A stretch of 64,000 bases of DNA, taken from assembly GCA_015062395.1 (NCBI GenBank), contig SUUS01000001.1, forward strand, positions 65,429 through 129,428, read 5' to 3'. Source of the stretch: Alphaproteobacteria bacterium (lineage in GTDB: Bacteria; Pseudomonadota; Alphaproteobacteria; CAAHEQ01; UBA3637). The translations under genes were made by a program, and so were the position numbers. Positions within the stretch are counted from its first letter, which is position 1. Every line of letters begins with the position of its first letter. A model generated the notes under the pieces. It worked only from the letters and a program-made list of their open reading frames with translations. It was not told the DNA's origin and ran no database searches. Shown one piece after another: positions 1-9,130 of this stretch.

Positions 1-390
1 AAACTGTTCAGGATGTACATAAAGCGTTTTTGTCTGAATATCGACTAATTGCAAAATGTTTTTCAACTTTATAATTCGTGGTGAATTGATATCTAAACAC
101 AAAGCATCTATTAAAATTTCTTTTCCAGTTTTAAAAACTCTTCGAATAATGATTTCTCTTTGTTTTAATTCCCCAGATAAAGAGGTGTACTTGACAAAAA
201 CCTGAACGGACAAGCCCCCTTCTATTAAATTTTTTCCACTTAATTTCTTTTGGACCTTTTCAAAAATAGCTTGTTTTTGAGGTGATTCAACTTTTTCTAC
301 AGCTTGAGAATTCCATTCTTTTCTGAAAGCATTAACATCAGCATCAGTAAATCGCGCAACAGCATCCATCAATTCATTACTTACAGCCAT
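1..390 (-). CDS. Hypothetical protein, N-terminal 130 codons (3' end runs off the window)
   Basis: Absent from the ORF track because it is open at the window edge. The reverse-strand ATG at 390-388 opens a frame that stays open to position 1 (MAVSNELMDAVARFTDADVNAFRKEW...). The stretch VQVFVKYTSLSGELKQREIIIRRVFKTGKEILIDALCLD loosely resembles a WYL-type beta-barrel pattern. Function unknown. Confidence 0.35.
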   Translation of the reverse strand, partial: MAVSNELMDAVARFTDADVNAFRKEWNSQAVEKVESPQKQAIFEKVQKKLSGKNLIEGGLSVQVFVKYTSLSGELKQREIIIRRVFKTGKEILIDALCLDINSPRIIKLKNILQLVDIQTKTLYVHPEQF

Positions 391-401
391 AAAAGCATCT
401 C

Positions 402-878
402 CTATATTTTCGTTTTTAAAAACATTTTGATCCATTTTTTATAATCCTGAAAAATCGAGAATCGAACCTCGTTTGATATTTCATAGCTTTTAGCATACAT
501 ACTTTTATGCAAAAGGTCTATATATTCTTTTGAAAAAATTACTTTTTGTAATAAAGAATTCATAAAATCTATCCAATCATCTTCATATAAATCAGCAACT
601 TTTTCACGACCAACGCGCGCAATAGCCAGTCTTTTAGCTAACTGATTCAGCTGATTCACGGCTGTTTTATTATCTTGTATTTTTGATATTCTTTTAAAAT
701 CCTTCCATGTTTGGTACCTTAATGAATGCAGATAAGAATATATCGAAAAATACAAAACTAAAATAAAAATAATAAAAAATATAAGGAATATCCACCATCC
801 AAATGCTAATGGAAAGACATTTGGTTCTATAGGAGTATCCAGATTTTTTAACTTACTTAAATCGATTTTAGAAATCAA
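402..878 (-). CDS. Small membrane protein, DUF4381-like (MoxR/Bat operon accessory)
   Basis: 158-aa ORF with one N-terminal TM helix (PLAFGWWIFLIFFIIFILVLYF). It overlaps the upstream DUF58 gene by 4 nt. Its position after MoxR and DUF58 is typical of DUF4381 proteins. Confidence 0.5.
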   Translation of the reverse strand: MISKIDLSKLKNLDTPIEPNVFPLAFGWWIFLIFFIIFILVLYFSIYSYLHSLRYQTWKDFKRISKIQDNKTAVNQLNQLAKRLAIARVGREKVADLYEDDWIDFMNSLLQKVIFSKEYIDLLHKSMYAKSYEISNEVRFSIFQDYKKWIKMFLKTKI

Positions 879-1807
879 AATTTTCGTCTCCTTGATTTTT
901 GCAAAGCCGTTGCAACAACATCATAATAATCATCTTCTGAAGAAACTGGAATATATCGGATATGAAATTTATTTGTAAATTCCAAAATTTGCCATAATTT
1001 TTTTTGGAAATAATATATATAAGAATCGTGAATATCCTTTTGTCTTGTATCCAATGAAATAAAAGATGAGCCATCAGATATGTTGTATAAGTTTGGACTT
1101 GGACATCTTCCTTCTAACACATCGTACACATTAATAAATGAAATCTCATTTGTTCTGGCGACAGAAGCCAAACACTTTAAAACATCGTCATTTAAGTCTG
1201 AAAAATCACTAATGATAAAGATTATATTGCCATTTCTGCAAGTTCTGCGCAATTTAAGACAGGCTTGAGCCAAAGAAATTTCTTCTTCTTTTTTTTCAAA
1301 ATGCTCTTTTTTTTCTGTTTCTTCACTGATAGCATTAAAAAAAGTCATAATTTGATTGCGTATTTTTGAAGGATTGAAAACTTGCATTTTTTTATCTGAT
1401 AAAACAAGCCCTCCTATTTTATCTCCTTTTTTATAAAAAAACCAAGATAGCATGGCTGTAATATGTGCTGCTATAACGGATTTAAAAGCTTGTTTTGTAC
1501 CAAACTTCATACTTTTGCGTAAATCCAATAAAAACCAAATATGCCTATCTCGTTCTTCGTGAAAAATTTTAGTATATGCTTTTCCTGTCTTTGCCGTCAA
1601 TCGCCAATCAACCAACCTGACATCGTCTCCAGACTGATATTCTCGAACCTCATCAAAATCCATACCTCTACCTTTAAATGCAGAAAGGTTTTCGCCTAAA
1701 TTATGCTTAACTGTTTTTTTCCCTTGAATAGAATTTAAGCGATAAGTTTGATATTGATCTTTAATCAAACTCTCAAGACTTGCAAAAACGGCTTCCGAAT
1801 TATTCAT
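875..1807 (-). CDS. DUF58 (vWA-like) protein, MoxR partner
   Basis: 310 aa. Carries the DUF58 signature DFDEVREYQSGDDVRLVDWRLTAKTGKAYTKIFHEERD and sits directly downstream of the MoxR ATPase. Confidence 0.85.
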   Translation of the reverse strand: MNNSEAVFASLESLIKDQYQTYRLNSIQGKKTVKHNLGENLSAFKGRGMDFDEVREYQSGDDVRLVDWRLTAKTGKAYTKIFHEERDRHIWFLLDLRKSMKFGTKQAFKSVIAAHITAMLSWFFYKKGDKIGGLVLSDKKMQVFNPSKIRNQIMTFFNAISEETEKKEHFEKKEEEISLAQACLKLRRTCRNGNIIFIISDFSDLNDDVLKCLASVARTNEISFINVYDVLEGRCPSPNLYNISDGSSFISLDTRQKDIHDSYIYYFQKKLWQILEFTNKFHIRYIPVSSEDDYYDVVATALQKSRRRKF

Positions 1808-1819
1808 GCAGCAATCCCT

Positions 1820-2782
1820 TTAAGGCAATGGAACTTTTTGTTTTAATATATCTATAAATGAATCTGGGGTTATTCCTTTCGCTTGTGCTTCATAAGTCAA
1901 TAATATGCGATGGCGTAAAACGTCATGTAAAATTGCATGGATATCTGAAGGCATCACATAATCCCGTCCTTCCAGCCAAGCATGGGCTTTTGAGCAAATA
2001 TCCAATGCAATAGTTCCACGTGGACTTGAACCAAATTCAATGTAGTTATTTAATGCATCGTCATATGTTGTTGGCTTTCGAGTTGCTATAATAAATTGAA
2101 CAATATAATTTTCTAAATCATCAGATAAATGAACATTTAAAACTTCATTTCTAGCTATTTTGACTTGTTTTTGTGTTATTTTTTGAAATAAAATACTTTC
2201 TTCTTTTTTAGCTTCTCCACGTACAATCTGCAAAATACGATGTTCTGCTTGAGCATCTGGATGCCCTATTTTTACATACATTAAAAAACGGTCTAGTTGT
2301 GCTTCTGGTAAAGGATATGTTCCTTCATTTTCAATAGGATTTTGAGTTGCCATAACCAAAAATAATTCAGGTAATAAGTACGTTGTTGCACCAACCGTCA
2401 CCTGACGTTCACCCATAGCCTCCAATAAAGCAGATTGTACTTTTGCAGGAGCTCTGTTAATTTCATCGGCAAGGATAAAATTATGAAAAACAGGACCTTT
2501 TTGGAAAACAAAAGTCCCATTTTCTGGTCGGTAAACATCGCTTCCAGTAATATCGGCAGGAAGTAAATCAGGTGTAAATTGAATTCTGTGCGAATCGCAT
2601 TCAATAGCTGATGCCAACTTTTTAATTGCTTTTGTTTTAGCTAATCCTGGGGCGCCTTCTACCAACAAGTGACCATCAGACAGTAAAGCTATTAACATCC
2701 TATCTATTAACCCTTTTTGTCCGATAATTTCATTGTTCATATACTCACGAAGATTTAAAAATACATTTTGAATTTCAGACAT
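1820..2782 (-). CDS. MoxR-family AAA+ ATPase
   Basis: Walker A GAPGLAKTK and Walker B FILADEINRA, with MoxR-like ends. I moved the start to the internal ATG at 2782 (MSEIQNV...), which has AAGGAG 8 nt upstream. The longer ORF-track start adds a hydrophobic, non-conserved extension. Confidence 0.9.
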   Translation of the reverse strand: MSEIQNVFLNLREYMNNEIIGQKGLIDRMLIALLSDGHLLVEGAPGLAKTKAIKKLASAIECDSHRIQFTPDLLPADITGSDVYRPENGTFVFQKGPVFHNFILADEINRAPAKVQSALLEAMGERQVTVGATTYLLPELFLVMATQNPIENEGTYPLPEAQLDRFLMYVKIGHPDAQAEHRILQIVRGEAKKEESILFQKITQKQVKIARNEVLNVHLSDDLENYIVQFIIATRKPTTYDDALNNYIEFGSSPRGTIALDICSKAHAWLEGRDYVMPSDIHAILHDVLRHRILLTYEAQAKGITPDSFIDILKQKVPLP

Positions 2783-2853
2783 ATTTTGCTCCTTATAAAA
2801 AAATGCTGTACTTTTTTTTACAATAATATAGAATAAAAGTAAAGGAAAAGCAA

Positions 2854-3618
2854 ATGAGTATTTCAATTTTAACACCTTATAAGCTTTTTTTTACCACCCA
2901 AGCAGATATTTTATATGCTTTGATGAAGGATGGGCGTATCTTAAAAATCAAGCAAATACCGTATTTTTCGAATCTTTCATCAGACAGAACAATGCTTTGT
3001 GGAATTTTCTTTGATGGAGAAAACACGCATATTATGTCGTCTTCTTTAGGAGTCGATTCGTTCGAAAAAAAAGAAATAGCATCTTTGTTTGGTTATTTTT
3101 ATTATCCTTGTCTTTCTAAAACTGGAAAAATGATGGCAATTATTGAGGCTGACTTACTGAAGCCAAAACCTCAAGGGGAACTGCAAATATACATAAAAAA
3201 GATAAAACGATGGTATTTGCAAAAATCTTTACCTGCAAAAATGAAATCGCCTTTTTTATCCTCAATAGATGAATCCGTCTTTTTTATTGATGAACAAAGT
3301 AATTTATGTAAGTTATTGGGTGATAATAAGACTGTATTAGCTATAGACGTTTTGTTTTTTGCGCTTTCTGCTTCCCAAACAAAAATAGTATATTATAATG
3401 GTTCTATTGTTTATGTGTATTCTCTTTTAAACCGAGCTGAAATAACGTCTTTTCCTGCTACGAATTTAACAGCATTATGCTTTGATGCAACAGAAAACGA
3501 AATTCTTTTTTCTGTATCTCAAGACAATCGTTATGCAATTTATAGTCAAAATTACAAAACAAATAAAACTGTTTTATTGGCTCAACCAGATGAAAGTGTT
3601 GTTTTAATATCTTCTTAA
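2854..3618 (+). CDS. Hypothetical protein
   Basis: 254-aa ORF divergent from moxR. I recognise no motif. The repetitive beta-rich pattern might indicate a propeller-like fold. Confidence 0.4.
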   Translation: MSISILTPYKLFFTTQADILYALMKDGRILKIKQIPYFSNLSSDRTMLCGIFFDGENTHIMSSSLGVDSFEKKEIASLFGYFYYPCLSKTGKMMAIIEADLLKPKPQGELQIYIKKIKRWYLQKSLPAKMKSPFLSSIDESVFFIDEQSNLCKLLGDNKTVLAIDVLFFALSASQTKIVYYNGSIVYVYSLLNRAEITSFPATNLTALCFDATENEILFSVSQDNRYAIYSQNYKTNKTVLLAQPDESVVLISS

Positions 3619-3685
3619 AAATGATTGATATTTTTATAAAACATGCTATTGTATGAATAGTTTTTTTATAAAAAAGGATAGAATA

Positions 3686-4582
3686 ATGAAGTATTTAAAA
3701 TTTTTACTGTTGAGCAGTGTATTGTTTTCAAGTGTTTCTTTTGCTCAAACACTTGATATAAAGCAAGTCACAAAAGTCATTGAACCTAAAACATTAAATG
3801 CAAATTTCAGACGAATCGGGTTAGAGTTGTCTTCTACAGATGTCAAAAACGCAATCTATTATAAAGATTCTCCTGTAAGTCAATTAAATGCTGACAGCCA
3901 GACGCTGATAAAAGGGATTTTTGATTTTGTATTGGAATACGAAACCAACTATTTCAGATGGGACAACAGTGTTTACGCAGAATATGCAGAAACAAAGTTA
4001 AAACCAGCAGATGAACCAGCAGATACAGACGAATCGGCTGATAAAATTTTATTTTCAACGAATTATACTCAAAAAATATGGGACTTAAAATATGGAAGTC
4101 TTGGACCATTTTTTGATGGCGCCTATCAAACTGAATTTACTCGAAATAATGGGGCTCCTAGGATGAGTGTTATTCGTGGTAAGGTCGGTTTAAAGCTTTT
4201 TGATGGTCTGGTATTTAAAGATTTATATTTGGCTGGTGTCACAGAATATGATGCGACATATTCTCCAAATGTCAATAAAACGGCAGGAGAAATCGGTTTT
4301 CGTATTGAAAAAGAAATCCGAGATGGTGTAAAATTTTCGACAGATGGTTATTATAGACGTTATTTTTCTTTTAGTGAATATGAAACAGAAGATTTAAGAT
4401 ATGATTTAAATTTAACAGCACGTATGGACGTTAAATTAAATGGCTATTTGTCAGTTGGACCATATTTGTCTTATAGAAGAGCTCATGCAAGAGGAACGCC
4501 AGTTGCGGCAAGTAATTTTATGGTAGGCTTGTCTTTTAGTTATAGTGACCTATTTAATTTAATAAAAAAGGATGAAAAATAA
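3686..4582 (+). CDS. Putative outer-membrane beta-barrel protein
   Basis: Start moved to MKYLKFLLLSSVLFSSVSFA, a signal peptide ending in an A-Q cleavage site. Alternating aromatic/hydrophilic beta-strand pattern, rich in Y/F/G. Confidence 0.5.
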   Translation: MKYLKFLLLSSVLFSSVSFAQTLDIKQVTKVIEPKTLNANFRRIGLELSSTDVKNAIYYKDSPVSQLNADSQTLIKGIFDFVLEYETNYFRWDNSVYAEYAETKLKPADEPADTDESADKILFSTNYTQKIWDLKYGSLGPFFDGAYQTEFTRNNGAPRMSVIRGKVGLKLFDGLVFKDLYLAGVTEYDATYSPNVNKTAGEIGFRIEKEIRDGVKFSTDGYYRRYFSFSEYETEDLRYDLNLTARMDVKLNGYLSVGPYLSYRRAHARGTPVAASNFMVGLSFSYSDLFNLIKKDEK

Positions 4583-5058
4583 TGAAAAAGGTAATTGCAG
4601 AATTTAAAAAATTTGCTATGCGTGGTAATGTTATCGATATGGCTGTCGGTATCATTATCGGTGGCGCATTTGGTAAAATAGTGGATAGCTTGGTAAAAGA
4701 TGTTTTAATGCCTCCTTTAGGTGTTTTGTTGGGTAAAATAGATTTTACAAATTTGTTTATTGTTTTAAAAGACGGAAGTGGGAGTTCATCGCCCTACCCA
4801 TCACTTGAAGCAGCAAAAGCTGCGGGAGCTATTACATTAAACGTTGGATTATTCTTAAATACCGTTATTAGTTTCATCATTGTTGCATTTGCTGTTTTTC
4901 TGCTGATTAAAGCTGTAAATAAATTGCAAGAAAAAATGGATAAAGACGATGCAGCTGAAGAAATCAAAAAGCCAACAGTAAAAAATTGTCCATATTGTTG
5001 CTCTTCAATTCCTATAGATGCTGTCAGATGCCCGAATTGTACATCAAAATTAAAATAA
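4582..5058 (+). CDS. mscL: Large-conductance mechanosensitive channel MscL with C-terminal CxxC...CxxC extension
   Basis: FKKFAMRGNVIDMAVGIIIGGAFGKIV and the rest of the N-terminus match the MscL TM1 signature. An extra tail reads CPYCCSSIPIDAVRCPNC. Confidence 0.9.
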   Translation: MKKVIAEFKKFAMRGNVIDMAVGIIIGGAFGKIVDSLVKDVLMPPLGVLLGKIDFTNLFIVLKDGSGSSSPYPSLEAAKAAGAITLNVGLFLNTVISFIIVAFAVFLLIKAVNKLQEKMDKDDAAEEIKKPTVKNCPYCCSSIPIDAVRCPNCTSKLK

Positions 5059-5075
5059 TAATATTCTTAAAAAAT

Positions 5076-5104
5076 GAAAAAGCCCTAGAAAAGGGCTTTT
5101 TTTT
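5076..5104 (+). terminator. Rho-independent terminator after mscL
   Basis: Stem AGCCCT (5081-5086) pairs with AGGGCT (5092-5097), followed by a run of 8 T. Confidence 0.7.
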
Positions 5105-5113
5105 AAATTAACC

Positions 5114-5329
5114 TTGACAATAAAAAATAATTTTTGTACCCTCTAGATTAGGACAAGTGATGTTTGTCTTGAGGGTTCAAAGCCTCTTAGAAGTTGCAAA
5201 AAATGCGTAAAACCTTTCAGTTTAACGACTGGAAGGTTGCAAAATACGTTTATTAATAAACAAATATGCACACTATTTCTTCTAAATAGCTTTGAACTTC
5301 CAGTCACCTCTCATCAAGGTGATTTTTTT
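5114..5329 (+). promoter_or_regulatory. Candidate leader or small-RNA unit: promoter, structured region and intrinsic terminator upstream of the glycosyltransferase
   Basis: TTGACA (5114-5119), 17 nt, then TACCCT (5137-5142). GACTGGAAG (5227-5235) is complementary to CTTCCAGTC (5297-5305). Terminator hairpin TCACCT (5304-5309) / AGGTGA (5317-5322) is followed by T7 (5323-5329). The CDS ATG is at 5348. Confidence 0.3.
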
Positions 5330-5347
5330 ACAAAAAAGGAAGTTTAT

Positions 5348-6349
5348 ATGAATAAAACTATTTGTGTTGTTATGCCTGTTTATAATGTAGAAAAATACAT
5401 TAAAACGGCATTGGATTCTTTAATAAATCAAACTTATAAAAACTGGATTTGTCTATGTATGGATGATGGTTCCAATGATAATACATTTGAAGTATTAAAA
5501 AAATATGCTCGATTAGATAAAAGGTTTACTGTTTTTTCACAAAATAATCAAGGGGTGACAAAAACTTTAAACACTTTATTGAATAAGGTTCAAGGCGATT
5601 ATTTGTACTACATTGATTCGGACGATTATATTCATCCACAGACATTTGAAACGTTGTTAGCTGTTATGCAAAAAACAGATGCAGATATTGTTGAGTGTGG
5701 CATACAAATCGTTCATGATGAAAAACCAGAAGAACATTTTGAAACTTTTGACATCAAAACACTTCCTGTTGAAGACATAACAGATATGAATATATTTTTA
5801 ACTAAAAAAACTCAAAAAGGATGTTGGATTAATAAAGTAAATAAACTATATAAATGGAGCAAAATAAAGGACTTACGTTTTTCTGAAAATTTATCCTATG
5901 AAGATGATTATTTTTATGCAACACAAATAAGTAGATTAATCTCTAAAAAAAGTATTGTTCCTAAAAATTTATATTTTTATCGTGTAAATCAAACATCAAT
6001 GACGCATCAAGTTAATTTTGAAAAATATCAATTTGCTGCTATCAGTCGTATTAAGCTAACCTATGATTTTTTTATAAAACAAAATAAAGTCCCTGAAATT
6101 TATTTAGAAGATTTTAAGACAGATTTAGTTAATGATGCATACAGGATGATTGTTCGCAAATCATTGAAAAAATGTAAAAATAAAAAACTGCGAAAAGAAT
6201 TATTTTATACTGGGAGTAAATTTATTTCTCAATATATTAAAGAAAGAATTATTGAACCCGAAAGATTGTCTGCTATGAAAAGGTTGTCAATGTTTTTTTA
6301 TTCAAAAAATTTATATTTTTTATCTAGACTTTTAGTTTTTATAGCTTAA
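5348..6349 (+). CDS. Family-2 glycosyltransferase
   Basis: VVMPVYNVEKYIKTALDSLINQTY, then CMDDGSNDNT, then DSDDY: the classic GT2 N-terminal motifs. Start moved to the ATG at 5348, which has AAGGAA upstream. Confidence 0.8.
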   Translation: MNKTICVVMPVYNVEKYIKTALDSLINQTYKNWICLCMDDGSNDNTFEVLKKYARLDKRFTVFSQNNQGVTKTLNTLLNKVQGDYLYYIDSDDYIHPQTFETLLAVMQKTDADIVECGIQIVHDEKPEEHFETFDIKTLPVEDITDMNIFLTKKTQKGCWINKVNKLYKWSKIKDLRFSENLSYEDDYFYATQISRLISKKSIVPKNLYFYRVNQTSMTHQVNFEKYQFAAISRIKLTYDFFIKQNKVPEIYLEDFKTDLVNDAYRMIVRKSLKKCKNKKLRKELFYTGSKFISQYIKERIIEPERLSAMKRLSMFFYSKNLYFLSRLLVFIA

Positions 6350-6374
6350 AAAAAGCCCTCAAATGAGGGCTTTT
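6350..6374. terminator. Bidirectional terminator between the glycosyltransferase and valS
   Basis: GCCCTC (6355-6360) pairs with GAGGGC (6365-6370), flanked by an A-run on one side and a T-run on the other. Confidence 0.7.
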
Positions 6375-6385
6375 ACTTTCTAAAT

Positions 6386-8998
6386 TTAAGCTTTTGGCTT
6401 TTTGGGTTCGTCTTCCCCTAAAACGCAGTTTGTTATTTCCAAATCTTCTGAATGAGCTTCAAATTCTATTTTATGCTCTTTAATATTCAAAACATTTTCA
6501 ATATCTGTTTGAGCTTGTTTCAATGCTTCAATCATATTTTGATTTGCAGAAACCGTCATAGTTAAAACCGGTGTACGCAAAGAACGTTTTTCATCGGCTT
6601 TTACCTTACGTCCCAACTCAACCATAGAAACAACTTTTCGATATAAATCTGCGTCTGTTTTTACACCAGCATAGATTTCAGATGATGGGAATGGTTGGAC
6701 GTGAACAGAACCAGTTTCTTTCCCCCAAGCTCTTGCTTGGAACACTTCTTCAGTGATAAAACTTAAGAATGGTGCAAATAATTTAGCAAATAAATCGATT
6801 GTCACCATCAAACTGGAAACAGCTGAAGTTGGATTATCGCTATACGCACGTGTCTTCACAATTTCCAAATAATTATCACAGAAATCCCAGAAAGCATGTT
6901 CTGTTGTTTCTAATGCAAATGAATAGTCATGATTTTCAAATGCTTTTCTGGAAACATCTATTGCGTCACACATACGAGCAATCCACGCCTTATCAAGAGG
7001 ATTTGTAATGTTTTTTACATAATCTGCATTGATGTCAACTCCAGAATTTTCAACGATATTAGAAACAAAACGCGAAGCGTTAAAAATCTTCATGCAAAGT
7101 TTCTTTCCTTGGTCCATAACCTGTTCTTCGAAAGCAATATCGATACCAAGTTTTGCTCTGGCTGCCCAATAGCGAACAGCATCAGAAGAATACTTTTCCA
7201 ACAAATTCATTGGTGTCACAACATTGCCTTTCGACTTACTCATTTTCTTTCTATCTGGATCCAAAACAAAACCACTGATATGAGCTTCTTTCCAAGGCAA
7301 CATATTTTCGTTCGCATATGCTTTCATAATTGTATAAAAAGCCCAAGTACGAATAATATCATGCGCTTGAGGACGAACATCAAACGGTAATGACAGATTA
7401 TGTCCTTCTGGCGCAAAAGCCATTGCTATTTGAGGCGTCACAGATGAGGTCGCCCAAGTATCCATAATATCTTTATCGCCAACAAAACCACCCGCAACGC
7501 CACGTTGTTCTGCTGTATATCCATTTGGAACATCAGTCATCGGATCTATTGGTAATTGTTCGGATGTTGGGAATATAGGGCTGTCAAAATCAGTGTTTCC
7601 GTTTTCATCAACTTTATACCAAACAGGGAATGGAACGCCAAAGAAGCGTTGACGAGAAATACACCAATCTTGGTTTAATCCATCTACCCATGTTTCATAA
7701 CGCGTTTGCATATGAGATGGATACCATTTAATTTTTCGACCTTGTTCAATTAACTGTTGTTTCAACTTTAAAATATCGATAAACCATTGACGAGAAGAGA
7801 CAAATTCCAAAGGTTGTGACCCTTTTTCATAGAATTTAACAGGGTGCATCAAAGGTTTTGGCTCGGCTAATAAATCTCCTGTTTCTTTTAAAAATTCAAC
7901 CAATTGTGCTCTAGCCTGTTTTACTTTTAAACCAGCTATTGCATCGTAGTATTTTTTTGCCTTTTCTACATTTAAAGAAACAAAATTTCCAGTACCATAT
8001 TCTTGTTTGATAATTCTACCATCTAATCCTATAATTTGTTTAATTGGCAATCCTGACTTTTTCCACCAAGCAACGTCAGCTGCGTCACCGAAAGTACAAA
8101 CCATCATAATACCTGTACCTTTATCCATTTCTGCGTGTTCGGACGGAACTATTGGAACAGGGATATCAAATAACGGAACAATTGCATTTTTTCCAAAATA
8201 CTTTTTGTAGCGTTCATCGTCTGGATGAGCCACAACTGCAATACATGCAGGTAAAAATTCTGGACGAGTTGTTGCAATAGTAAAATATGTATCAGGTTCG
8301 CCTTCTACACCAAAACGGATATCATGGAAAAAGCCTGCCGTTTCTCTGTCTTCAATTTCAGCTTGAGCAACTGCAGATTGGAAATCTATATCCCACATGG
8401 TTGGAGATTCCACACTGTGAGCCAATCCTTTTTTTACCAAATCTAAAAAAGATTCTTGAGAAACTTTAATAGCCAAAGGAGAAATTGTTGTATATTTTAA
8501 AGACCAGTCATAAGAATGTCCGATACGTCTGAAAATATCTTCAAAAGCTTTTTCATCTGTTTCAGTCAATATTTCGCAGGTTTCAACGAAGTTTTTACGT
8601 GAAACTTCTTTCAATTCTTTGGCATTTGGATTATGTTCAGCTTTAAAATCCGAATCGTATGGCAGAGCCGCATTACAAGATATCCCATAAAAATTTTGAA
8701 CACGACGTTCTGTCGGCAAGCCATTATCATCCCAACCGATGGGATAAAATATGGATTTGCCCATCATTCTTTGATAACGAACCTGAACGTCTGTTTGAGT
8801 ATAGCTCATAATATGTCCAATATGTAATGAACCAGACACTGTTGGAGGTGGTGTATCGACAACATAAGTATTTTCTCGGCTTGCTGTTTTATCATATGCA
8901 TACACTCGGTTTTCTTCCCAATAATTCATACAACGTTTTTCAATAGCCTCTGAATTAAACTTGTCATCAAGTTTCTTTATTTCTTTATATGTCGTCAT
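6386..8998 (-). CDS. valS: Valyl-tRNA synthetase
   Basis: TPPPTVSGSLHIGH (HIGH motif in ValRS context) and KMSKSKGN. Start moved to the ATG at 8998 (MTTYKEIKKLDDKFN...). Confidence 0.92.
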   Translation of the reverse strand: MTTYKEIKKLDDKFNSEAIEKRCMNYWEENRVYAYDKTASRENTYVVDTPPPTVSGSLHIGHIMSYTQTDVQVRYQRMMGKSIFYPIGWDDNGLPTERRVQNFYGISCNAALPYDSDFKAEHNPNAKELKEVSRKNFVETCEILTETDEKAFEDIFRRIGHSYDWSLKYTTISPLAIKVSQESFLDLVKKGLAHSVESPTMWDIDFQSAVAQAEIEDRETAGFFHDIRFGVEGEPDTYFTIATTRPEFLPACIAVVAHPDDERYKKYFGKNAIVPLFDIPVPIVPSEHAEMDKGTGIMMVCTFGDAADVAWWKKSGLPIKQIIGLDGRIIKQEYGTGNFVSLNVEKAKKYYDAIAGLKVKQARAQLVEFLKETGDLLAEPKPLMHPVKFYEKGSQPLEFVSSRQWFIDILKLKQQLIEQGRKIKWYPSHMQTRYETWVDGLNQDWCISRQRFFGVPFPVWYKVDENGNTDFDSPIFPTSEQLPIDPMTDVPNGYTAEQRGVAGGFVGDKDIMDTWATSSVTPQIAMAFAPEGHNLSLPFDVRPQAHDIIRTWAFYTIMKAYANENMLPWKEAHISGFVLDPDRKKMSKSKGNVVTPMNLLEKYSSDAVRYWAARAKLGIDIAFEEQVMDQGKKLCMKIFNASRFVSNIVENSGVDINADYVKNITNPLDKAWIARMCDAIDVSRKAFENHDYSFALETTEHAFWDFCDNYLEIVKTRAYSDNPTSAVSSLMVTIDLFAKLFAPFLSFITEEVFQARAWGKETGSVHVQPFPSSEIYAGVKTDADLYRKVVSMVELGRKVKADEKRSLRTPVLTMTVSANQNMIEALKQAQTDIENVLNIKEHKIEFEAHSEDLEITNCVLGEDEPKKPKA

Positions 8999-9130
8999 AA
9001 TATCCTCTTTCATTAAAAATAATACCTTTGGCATTTTACAATCTTTTATTAAAAAATCAAGTCTTTTTATAAAAAAACTATTTGACGTTGCTTGTTTTTC
9101 TGCATACAATAGTCTTAGAGAGAGGGTTTT

